From positions 4,383 through 68,382 of the IMG/VR virus record IMGVR_UViG_3300031555_000867: a stretch of 64,000 nucleotides of DNA; one strand, written 5' to 3'. The notes below the pieces were generated by a model. That model saw only the letters and a list, made by a program, of their open reading frames with translations. It did not search any database and was not told the DNA's origin. Shown piece by piece: positions 36,245 through 44,379 of the stretch. The stretch comes from a virus (Duplodnaviria > Caudoviricetes). The stretch's first letter is position 1, and each line of letters begins with the position of its first letter. Position numbers and translations under genes: made by a program.

Positions 36245-37327
36245 CTACTCAATCAAAGCAGAGCGGCCACCAATGCTCGCGCCGACATAAGAACGAGGGT
36301 TGCTGAGGCCCGAGCTGAACACCCCTGCATAACCGCCATCGGTCCAGCGACCGCCACGAAACAGGCACCGCTCAGCTTCGCCGTTGTTCACATAGAAATG
36401 GTCGCCGCCATAGTTAGCATCGATACCGTCTCCTGTTAAAGCGGTGTCGGCTAACATAGCCAGTGTCTGTAACAATAACTTCGCAGCAGCACCGATTGTG
36501 CTGTCGCAAGCTACACTTGCAAAGGAACATCCGTTAGATGTAGTTGCATTTGCTATTGCAGTTGTGTAAGTCCACTTACCACTAACCCAATCGAGCTTAA
36601 CAGTACCTGCAGTTGTACCATTGCCATCAGGAGTTACTAATTCACCGGTAGCGGCATTGATAGCCTTCCATTCTGCTGAGGATGCGGAAAGGTCGCAAGT
36701 AGGGTCTGCCGCATTGTTATCCGGAATAATCTGCAACTCGCCATATACGAGTCTGAGACCGGTGCACCATTCCCATACATTGCCGTTCATATCCCAAATA
36801 CCTTCAACAGTACCATCGTGGGACCATGTCACAGGGCCTGTGCCAGTAGCAACACGACAAATCTTACCATCGCCATCCTTGTAAGTAGGGATTGCTTTGT
36901 ATACGGTTTCGGAAGTGTCCTTACCGTAGTTGTTGTTACCCTTAGGCTCACAACCATTCTTGTGACACCATAATGCCACTGCCGCCCATTCAGCCGCAGT
37001 TACTTCATGCCACTTATCACCTTTTGCTCTCGCATAAGCAACAAATGTATCAAGACCGGCACTTGCTGCAGGATCTTCTCCGGGAACACTGTATGCTCTG
37101 CCATTTCTGTGGCAGGTCTGGAATTTTGCAAACCAAAATCCATCAATCTCCTTGCCATTCACACGGAATGCAGGAAGAACGGATGTATCTGTCGAACTGA
37201 GTACATCGCAGATACGGAACTTAGGAATATACACCATAACAGAAGGTGCTTCCTTATCGTCATACTTCAAAGCATTGTTCGGGCAGCTACACTTGAGTGC
37301 AAATTCTGCCATATTGTAATTTGACAT
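36245..37327 (-). CDS. DGR target protein 1 (FGE-sulfatase / C-type lectin fold), probable receptor-binding tail protein
   Basis: Last gene of the tail cluster; GTGPVTWSH, DMNGNVWEW, LFRGG.W...IGGRSA; C-terminal VR1. Confidence 0.92.
   Translation of the reverse strand: MSNYNMAEFALKCSCPNNALKYDDKEAPSVMVYIPKFRICDVLSSTDTSVLPAFRVNGKEIDGFWFAKFQTCHRNGRAYSVPGEDPAASAGLDTFVAYARAKGDKWHEVTAAEWAAVALWCHKNGCEPKGNNNYGKDTSETVYKAIPTYKDGDGKICRVATGTGPVTWSHDGTVEGIWDMNGNVWEWCTGLRLVYGELQIIPDNNAADPTCDLSASSAEWKAINAATGELVTPDGNGTTAGTVKLDWVSGKWTYTTAIANATTSNGCSFASVACDSTIGAAAKLLLQTLAMLADTALTGDGIDANYGGDHFYVNNGEAERCLFRGGRWTDGGYAGVFSSGLSNPRSYVGASIGGRSALIE
36257..36369 (-). repeat. DGR variable repeat VR1
   Basis: 113-nt ungapped alignment to TR; 15 mismatches, all at TR adenines. 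Confidence 0.96.
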
Positions 37328-37344
37328 CTTTCATACCTCCGTAA

Positions 37345-37713
37345 TTAAATGTTCATGCCATCGATACTGAAAAGTCTGAGTTCAACATCGTCAGTATTCA
37401 ATGCAATCTTTGTGCGGGTGATTTCTTCCACCTCTTTGGTTACTTCTTCGCCGCTTTCAGGGTCAATCTCTGTCTTCTCGACCATCTCAACAGTTTCATC
37501 ATACTGCGTTTCAGGAATGACAACCTGAGCCACATAGAATCTGCCGTCACCGATAACAAGGAAACCTTCGTTATCAGCCATGATATCCTTAACTACTTCG
37601 TAGTCTCTCTGATACTTGTCAAGTCTGATAGTCAGTTCATCATTAAAGGTGAGCTTGTAGCCGTTGAGTTCGTAATCGACCTTAGTACCGGCATTCATTT
37701 CAACGATTTTCAT
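37345..37713 (-). CDS. hypothetical tail-region protein
   Basis: ORF track; RBS; position. Confidence 0.7.
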   Translation of the reverse strand: MKIVEMNAGTKVDYELNGYKLTFNDELTIRLDKYQRDYEVVKDIMADNEGFLVIGDGRFYVAQVVIPETQYDETVEMVEKTEIDPESGEEVTKEVEEITRTKIALNTDDVELRLFSIDGMNI

Positions 37714-37733
37714 TCTAAGAGTCCTCCTTTTTC

Positions 37734-38189
37734 TTAGTGATTTTTAGATACCATCGGTTCAAGCATACCGCCTGTAACCTTTACTCTAATACGGACATGA
37801 GTTGCACTTCCATCGTGTACTAACTTGAATCCGTTCAAAGCACGCTCTTTTACCTTGATGCAGCCTAACAAACCACCGCTATACTCGATGACATCGATGT
37901 CAACACTGTAGTTCGTATTTTCTCTCAGGATGCTCAATGCGACAGTCGTTTCCTTGTTGTTGAACGGCCATTCGTAGCTGTTCATCGCAAGGTCAAGAAC
38001 ATGAACTTCACTTCTGTTCTCGTACTCTGCCTGTCTCTGCTGAAACATCATAATCTGACGAGAAAAGGCTTCATCATCAATCCCTGTCTCCATGTTATTG
38101 AAGTGGGCTTGGTCCTGCAGAGTACCCTGCTGAATTACCTGACCGGACTGGTCTTCAACATGGTCCTGCCAATAAGTTCTCTTATACAT
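37734..38189 (-). CDS. short tail-fibre-like/adaptor protein
   Basis: W.DHV...QQGT...A.HFNNME.GI N-terminus resembles fibre N-termini; position. Confidence 0.55.
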   Translation of the reverse strand: MYKRTYWQDHVEDQSGQVIQQGTLQDQAHFNNMETGIDDEAFSRQIMMFQQRQAEYENRSEVHVLDLAMNSYEWPFNNKETTVALSILRENTNYSVDIDVIEYSGGLLGCIKVKERALNGFKLVHDGSATHVRIRVKVTGGMLEPMVSKNH

Positions 38190-38192
38190 GAC

Positions 38193-38528
38193 TTACACCT
38201 CCTCTATCGGTAATACAATCTTGAGCAATACATTCTGAATGCTCGACCTCTGGACAGATACATTCCATTCTGCCGCAAGGGTTCCGTTAATGTCGTAGGC
38301 ACGAACTTTCGAAATCGTACCGCTTTTGCCTTTGTTCTCTACATAGACCATGGCAATAATGTCACTCCCTTCCACCTTCTTGGAGTTCACCACCGCTTCT
38401 GTCCATGCTCCGTTTTCATAGACCATAAACTTGCCAATGGAATTCATCCATTCGATTCTTCTCTTGTTGAGGAAGTCACTACTGTAATTACTCATTTCAC
38501 TTGCTCCTTTCCTGCGGGATTGCCGCAA
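38193..38528 (-). CDS. hypothetical tail-region protein
   Basis: ORF track; position. Confidence 0.6.
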   Translation of the reverse strand: MRQSRRKGASEMSNYSSDFLNKRRIEWMNSIGKFMVYENGAWTEAVVNSKKVEGSDIIAMVYVENKGKSGTISKVRAYDINGTLAAEWNVSVQRSSIQNVLLKIVLPIEEV

Positions 38529-38558
38529 TATTTGAATACGACACCATGCTCATATAAT

Positions 38559-39473
38559 CTACGGCTTAGTGCCGCACTCATCTTCTCCGGCTTCTCCCAC
38601 CTGATATGCAGTTGCTTCTGTCTGTGCATCAATACTTACGGTCACTACCGATGTGTAACCGCTCGTTGTCACCTCAGGATAGGTTCCGCAGTTCTCCGTT
38701 CCACTCTGTTCCGTAGCGTATGTAATCGGCTCTGCTACTGCATCTGCCTGTACATTTGCTTCCTGAGAATATCCTTGAGTCGCAGTCACCGGTTTCGTTC
38801 CGGTAAATACAGGTTCATATACTGTACTTTCCGTACCGATATCCACTTCAACATCTGCATTTTGGCTATTACCTAAGGTCGCTCTTATCGGAACAGTACC
38901 GCACAAATGCTGTCCGCACTGTGGTACTTCAGCCGTGTATAGAGTAACCTCACTTGATACTTCTACATAGGCACTCAATCGGAACTGATAGCTGCAGTTT
39001 ACTCCGGCCGCCTTTACTGGCAGAAGGTTTCTGAGGATGACTTCTCTGCCTTCCTCTACTTCCAATTCCAAGAAAAACGATGCAGGGTACTCAAGGCTTT
39101 CCGAATACCGAATCGGATATCTGTTACAGAAATTTTTAATGCCACGAACTATATCATAGTAAGTGGCATCTCCATAATTCAGCATTATCTTGTAGCCTAA
39201 GATTGCACGGTAGTCCGTGTCATCCATAGCGAACTCTGCACCCTGTTCGCTTATCATCGAGGCTTCTTTTCTTGTCAGGCACAGAATGTCACCGATTGCA
39301 TCCAGTTGAGCACCGGTGGCATTACTAAGCGACCTCTGAAAATTCAGTTGCTCATAGAACACCTGAATATCCTGCATTTGCTTTCCGATTACAGCCATCA
39401 ACGCTTCAATTCGTTCCCTTCCTCGGAACTGCTCCGGCAGGTCACTTATTAGCTTTTTACTGTAATCAACCAT
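38559..39473 (-). CDS. baseplate wedge protein (DUF2612-like)
   Basis: Follows baseplate J; A.G.QLD.IG.I and D..YR..L..KI..N...T motifs. Confidence 0.75.
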   Translation of the reverse strand: MVDYSKKLISDLPEQFRGRERIEALMAVIGKQMQDIQVFYEQLNFQRSLSNATGAQLDAIGDILCLTRKEASMISEQGAEFAMDDTDYRAILGYKIMLNYGDATYYDIVRGIKNFCNRYPIRYSESLEYPASFFLELEVEEGREVILRNLLPVKAAGVNCSYQFRLSAYVEVSSEVTLYTAEVPQCGQHLCGTVPIRATLGNSQNADVEVDIGTESTVYEPVFTGTKPVTATQGYSQEANVQADAVAEPITYATEQSGTENCGTYPEVTTSGYTSVVTVSIDAQTEATAYQVGEAGEDECGTKP

Positions 39474-40911
39474 TGATAACCACCTCGACCATGCTTTCTG
39501 CCGTGATGGCTCTCTGTCTTTCAGTTACATATACATTTTTTGAATCGTAGGAGTCAGGCTTATCGTTGCCGGTTCCCATCGTAATCTCTACATAATCGAT
39601 TCCGCTTACCTTGGCATAAATCTTAGCCATGAAGATATTCTGAGGAATTACATCATCTCCACATTCCAAGGTTTCAATCGTATCAACAATGATAGTCTTC
39701 ACGATATCGGCATAGTCAGCAACAATAGTCATTCCCCTTGCAATCGTCAGTTCCACATGGAACCATGTCTTCACATATTCCGGTCTATTGAATCGGATTG
39801 TGATTTCATCGTCTGCATCTCCATGTACTACTATCTCGGTACTACCATAGGTGTTGATACCACCGGCTTTTGTCTCAAGAATCTGTTGTGCAATCTCGGT
39901 CGCATCGCCACCGTCACACACAACCTCAACACTATGCGGATATCTTCCGAGTGCATCCACAACATCCGTGCAGTTTTCATATACCGTTACCGATGTTACA
40001 CCCTGCACATTTGTGAGGATTGCACTTCTGATACTGTCTTTCATTCGTGAGGAGTGACTGAAAATCTTATCAATGTAGGACCTGCGGAAATCATCATCGG
40101 TTTCTTCAAGTCTACCCTTGATGTAACTTCCTACATTCAGTACGGTATCTAATCCGGTTACGGACTTGATAATCTCCGTCACTGAACCTTCCGGCAAGTA
40201 GATGTCACCATATTCAACGGTTTCGAATACGAATACGCATCCCACATTCTCCGTTGTCAGATTCTCCGACAGGATCATTACATTCTGCGATGTAACTTCA
40301 TTCGCCACGATATTCAAAACCATATTGCTCTCATCTACTGATGCGGTAAAACTCGCATCAACGATTTTCTCTGCCAGTGCTTTCAAACCGGCGAGTGTAT
40401 CTGAGCCTTTCGCAGGAGTAACAGAATAAGACAATCCATTCAGCACTACTGTAAATGGGTTCCCATCTACTGATGCAGCTTTGATACTCGCCTTGTTAAA
40501 GGCATTTCTCATCAACTGTATCTCATTCGTAGGCTTCAACTGTGTTACCGGATTCATATTCGTACAAATCAATGTACTGGCCGGAATTACCGTACCTTCC
40601 TTGCCGGTACAAAGAATATGGTAATATGACTTCGCTTCTTCCTCTCTCGAAATACCGGCAAACTGTGCTGCATTGTCGAGATACATACCTTCGGCACTGG
40701 TCGGATAGGTATTGTTATACACATCCTGACCGAGTTCCCATAATTCAGCGAGCGAATCTGCCACATCCGTAATCAGAGCATTCAGCAAAGAGGTTGTATT
40801 CTGCCTTGTGTTTACTCCCCACTTTTCTGATAACTCCGTGTGCATCTCATCGAGAATTACATCAAGTCTTTTGATATTCACACCTTGTGGTGTCAATCCG
40901 TAATCAGGCAT
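39466..40911 (-). CDS. baseplate J-like protein
   Basis: SAEG.YLD, G...ETDDDFRR, VYEN.T..D..G..PHS.EVV..GG motifs. Confidence 0.88.
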   Translation of the reverse strand: MPDYGLTPQGVNIKRLDVILDEMHTELSEKWGVNTRQNTTSLLNALITDVADSLAELWELGQDVYNNTYPTSAEGMYLDNAAQFAGISREEEAKSYYHILCTGKEGTVIPASTLICTNMNPVTQLKPTNEIQLMRNAFNKASIKAASVDGNPFTVVLNGLSYSVTPAKGSDTLAGLKALAEKIVDASFTASVDESNMVLNIVANEVTSQNVMILSENLTTENVGCVFVFETVEYGDIYLPEGSVTEIIKSVTGLDTVLNVGSYIKGRLEETDDDFRRSYIDKIFSHSSRMKDSIRSAILTNVQGVTSVTVYENCTDVVDALGRYPHSVEVVCDGGDATEIAQQILETKAGGINTYGSTEIVVHGDADDEITIRFNRPEYVKTWFHVELTIARGMTIVADYADIVKTIIVDTIETLECGDDVIPQNIFMAKIYAKVSGIDYVEITMGTGNDKPDSYDSKNVYVTERQRAITAESMVEVVING

Positions 40912-41269
40912 TTAATGTCACCTCCTCCGTAATAGTCTCTCCATTTACAACTGCGGTGTACTGAAACACCACCGTTCGTAATCTTCTGTCAAACTCTATG
41001 ATTTCAACAGAGCATTCTTCCACTCCGTCTACATCCATAACAGCCTCTCTGATGTCGGACATTATGATGTTCATGTTTGGATTCTTCACAAACAAATCTT
41101 CGAAAGCAGGAAATCCCAAGGACGGACCAAGTCTCCATTCACCTGCAATCCATCGCAATCGCATCTTTATTGCCTGACTGATATCATTTTCCACAAGCTG
41201 AAAATCTCCATCCTCTGTGATTACGATGTCGTTGTCATTATCGACCTTGATATCCAACAAGTCTCTCAC
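40904..41269 (-). CDS. baseplate wedge gp25/W-like protein
   Basis: QAI..RL....GEW......G pattern; position. Confidence 0.75.
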   Translation of the reverse strand: MRDLLDIKVDNDNDIVITEDGDFQLVENDISQAIKMRLRWIAGEWRLGPSLGFPAFEDLFVKNPNMNIIMSDIREAVMDVDGVEECSVEIIEFDRRLRTVVFQYTAVVNGETITEEVTLNA

Positions 41270-41295
41270 TCCCTTCTCTCATAATTGCCGCAACA

Positions 41296-41937
41296 TTATT
41301 TCGGACCGCTCGTGTCATCGCCTACTATCGCACTCGTATGAGTATGCTCTTTCAACGATATATCACCGGCAGTCACATCTTCTTTAGCCGTGATACTCTC
41401 AGCTTCGATGGTTTTCTCTGCTGTGATTTCCTCGGCTTCAATCTTCCCTTTTACCTTCAGGTTGCCTACCATCTCTATTCCATCCGGCTTTACAATCAGC
41501 CTTGTCGTGTCAGCTTCAACGATAACCGCATCCAACTCACACGCTTCTCCGAATGTGGCCGGTAACTGTTGAAACAGTCCGGGTATACAGATGGCATTCG
41601 TTATATCAAACCTCAAATCCGAGTCGGTCTCTCTTCCATACAGCCAGTAATCAATGGACTGCTCTGCGACTATAATCAAACATCCATCTCCTGAACTTAC
41701 CGGATATACCACTGAGCATCCCTGACCGCTTCCCTGAGGGAATACAAGCGGAACCCCACTTATCTTAGGGTAATCAACCAAAGAACCGTTGCTGGCCTTT
41801 TTCTTCATTACTGGCAGTACTGTACAGGTTCCTGACCCTGCATCTACTGATACAATCTTGCCCGGAATGGCAGTATGCACATCAGCCAGTTCTTCCTTAA
41901 CGGTGTCCTTGATATTCTGAACAAATTCCTGCATCAT
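41296..41937 (-). CDS. baseplate spike (gpV/Gp138-like)
   Basis: HTAIPGKIV...GDGCL...E.SID...D..AI.IPG; C-terminal SL..HTH. Confidence 0.85.
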   Translation of the reverse strand: MMQEFVQNIKDTVKEELADVHTAIPGKIVSVDAGSGTCTVLPVMKKKASNGSLVDYPKISGVPLVFPQGSGQGCSVVYPVSSGDGCLIIVAEQSIDYWLYGRETDSDLRFDITNAICIPGLFQQLPATFGEACELDAVIVEADTTRLIVKPDGIEMVGNLKVKGKIEAEEITAEKTIEAESITAKEDVTAGDISLKEHTHTSAIVGDDTSGPK

Positions 41938-41947
41938 AAGGCATCAC

Positions 41948-43051
41948 CTACACTTTCTGCAAATAGGTCTGATGCGAATATCCCCATGTGCCGTTATAGC
42001 AAACATGAATCCATTCGCCCGAACTCTTGCCATCCGATGATACTGTCGTGCCATTCGGCATCTTGGCGAGTATCTTGGTATATCCTGCGGATTCTCGCAA
42101 CATAAGTCTGCCACCATTTGTCTTGACCTTGTATGTCACAGTTGTGCTTGCTGCACCACCGCCTGAGGATGCTTTTGGCTTAACTTTACTGAGTTCAAGT
42201 AACCTTGCCTTGCAGGTCCAGTCACCGCTCTTGTTATCTCCGTTTATCTGAATGGAGTACACATAGAAATATCCGGTCACTTGCTTGCTCACGAGCTTCA
42301 CATAATCGTTGACATCGATTGCACCATTCAGGAAGAATGTAACATCCCATCCAATTCTTGTTATGGACGAATCATTGCTATCCTTTACCGCCACTTTCTC
42401 CGGTGTACCAATCAATCCGGTTTCAGCAGAAAGCAGATAACCTTTCGTATTCACCGCATCTCCGGCTCTCTTAATTTGAAGCACACCATTCTGAATGCTC
42501 CAACTGAGTCCACAGCAGTTACAACCTTTCGTCAGTACATTCTTTGCAAGACCGACATAGCTGAAGCCATTCGTAACATTTGCAAAGGTGGCATTGTAGG
42601 AATACACCGGAACCACACCTATCTGTGCAGCGATGTCATCGAAGATTGTCTTCCAACTCACAGTGCCTTTGTACGAAATCGAAACATTCGTATCTCGAAT
42701 AGCAATCAGGTTATCAACTACTTCGATGCTCGTTTTCACATCAGCTCCGTCCTTTGTGCTTGTCGCAAAACTGACGATACCTGCAAAAATTAAAGGCAGG
42801 TTGTTTCCGTAACCGGCTCTCAAGCCGACACAACAATCTGCCTTCTCTAATTCTGCCACATGGCTAGGACTGAGATTCCAAATCTCAATCTTACCGGTGT
42901 TCTGTGTTTCGAGGTCTGATTTCTCTAAGCGAAAAGTAATATGGAGTGGGTCAGGCTGTGATGGCGATGTCGCTCCAATCTCAAAACCTACCCTACCGGC
43001 AGGTCCTGCAATCAATCGATACTGTCTGTCAAAATTCGTATATCCCGCCAT
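41948..43051 (-). CDS. baseplate hub/tail protein with C-terminal SH3b domain
   Basis: WSIQNG.LQI and LS.ETGLIG.P motifs; C-terminal LMLRESAG...W..V.YNG.WGY. Confidence 0.75.
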   Translation of the reverse strand: MAGYTNFDRQYRLIAGPAGRVGFEIGATSPSQPDPLHITFRLEKSDLETQNTGKIEIWNLSPSHVAELEKADCCVGLRAGYGNNLPLIFAGIVSFATSTKDGADVKTSIEVVDNLIAIRDTNVSISYKGTVSWKTIFDDIAAQIGVVPVYSYNATFANVTNGFSYVGLAKNVLTKGCNCCGLSWSIQNGVLQIKRAGDAVNTKGYLLSAETGLIGTPEKVAVKDSNDSSITRIGWDVTFFLNGAIDVNDYVKLVSKQVTGYFYVYSIQINGDNKSGDWTCKARLLELSKVKPKASSGGGAASTTVTYKVKTNGGRLMLRESAGYTKILAKMPNGTTVSSDGKSSGEWIHVCYNGTWGYSHQTYLQKV

Positions 43052-43146
43052 TTCTGATTAACTCCTTTCCGCAAAAATGATACGAGCATTTGCGAGTATA
43101 TTATATATAAATATACGGTTTGGTTTGGTTAGGTTTGGTTAGCAGT

Positions 43147-43202
43147 GGATTATCCGCAGATTTTCCAACAGAATGTCCAGTGGATTGTCCGATGGATTAT
43201 CC
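43147..43202. repeat. iteron-like array 1 (five GGATTRTCC-like 9-mers, ~12-bp period)
   Basis: Copies at 43147, 43158, 43170, 43182, 43194; beside an AT-rich run and a GGTTT repeat. Confidence 0.75.
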
Positions 43203-43388
43203 AATGGACACAAAAAATCGTATTCAAATGCAAATATTCGCACCGAATGTTCCGTTTACAATAAACGAAATCGTTTGTAAACTGTACTTTTCGAAATTTG
43301 GTTAGAAAACCCTAAAAGTTTTTCGATGATTTGCATTAAATCCACGATTATCTACCTCATCTTACGGAAATTACATGGACATTTTTAT

Positions 43389-43421
43389 GGACTGTCCTCA
43401 GGATTGTCCAGTGGATTGTCT
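43389..43421. repeat. iteron-like array 2 (three copies, 12-bp period)
   Basis: Copies at 43389, 43401, 43413. Confidence 0.7.
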
Positions 43422-43434
43422 TGCGGACAAGAAA

Positions 43435-43761
43435 CTAACCCTCATCCTCCCCTTCTGCCGGAACGAATACGAACTTTGCTTTGCCATTCAGGAAATCATT
43501 TCTTCCAACTCGTTCGAGTTTCGTGATAACACCAAATGCACCTTTCGGTAATTTGCTTCTGCCAAAGAACATATTCAAAACCGCACCGGGAACTATCTTA
43601 ATTCCTATCGCAACCGGATTGTCCTGATCGTCATACAATCCGAAGCTCCAATAATCTTTCGTGTCATTATAGGTAAATCGTATCTGAAAAAACTGCCCAT
43701 TCAGTACAAGGCGGGATAGACTATCGTTCATATCAGGTACTTCAATAATCGTATAATCCAT
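43435..43761 (-). CDS. baseplate-associated small protein
   Basis: Position between the hub gene and tape-measure-linked genes. Confidence 0.65.
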   Translation of the reverse strand: MDYTIIEVPDMNDSLSRLVLNGQFFQIRFTYNDTKDYWSFGLYDDQDNPVAIGIKIVPGAVLNMFFGRSKLPKGAFGVITKLERVGRNDFLNGKAKFVFVPAEGEDEG

Positions 43762-43772
43762 ATTCCCTCCTC

Positions 43773-44369
43773 CTACAGAATGCCAGTGGTCTTACCTGCG
43801 TTATACAAGATGCTTCCATTTGAACCATTCGAAGCACTGTTTGAGGAAGAACCACTTCCCGAACCACCACCAGAGCCACTGCTTCCACTCGATGTGTTTG
43901 CAGTTCCTGCATTCGCACCAGTAGCACCACTCTTGCCATATTCGGCCGGAATAATCGTGGTCTGTGTGGATGTCGTTCTGATTTTTCTAAACGATATCGG
44001 GATTTCTCGTGCATATCCGGTCTCAAGGCTCTTACTAATCTTGATAGATTCAATCGCCATATTCGTATAAGTCTTCTCGGATGTGATTACCGTAACAGGC
44101 TGTTTGGAGTAATACAAACTCTCAAGCATTGCCGTAACCGAACTTACACGATTTCTCCCTTTGTTGTGTCTGTCATACCATGTAACCGGATTGTCGGTCA
44201 CATAGAGCACCATACTGAGCGTTTCCGATTTCAGTATGATTGCATCGCTGACATGGAAACCACTTTCCACCGCATACTCGGGTACGGTGGCCTCCATGCT
44301 ATAGTCGGAGCTGATGAGGGCATCAAACTCTATTCCTGCAACTGAGACAGGTCTTTTTGCTCTTGCCAT
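43773..44369 (-). CDS. baseplate/tail-tube initiator-like protein
   Basis: FDALIS......T..Y.VE.G..VSD motif; directly after the tape measure. Confidence 0.7.
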   Translation of the reverse strand: MARAKRPVSVAGIEFDALISSDYSMEATVPEYAVESGFHVSDAIILKSETLSMVLYVTDNPVTWYDRHNKGRNRVSSVTAMLESLYYSKQPVTVITSEKTYTNMAIESIKISKSLETGYAREIPISFRKIRTTSTQTTIIPAEYGKSGATGANAGTANTSSGSSGSGGGSGSGSSSNSASNGSNGSILYNAGKTTGIL

Positions 44370-44379
44370 CTTCTACCTC

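Noticed and set aside
43147-43421. Repeat arrays as a CRISPR array
   Set aside because: Units are 9 bp at 12-bp period, with no 25-40-nt repeats or unique spacers.
43120-43526. Plus-strand ORFs 43120-43305 and 43326-43526
   Set aside because: They are translations of the DNA repeats, antisense to the operon, with no RBS.
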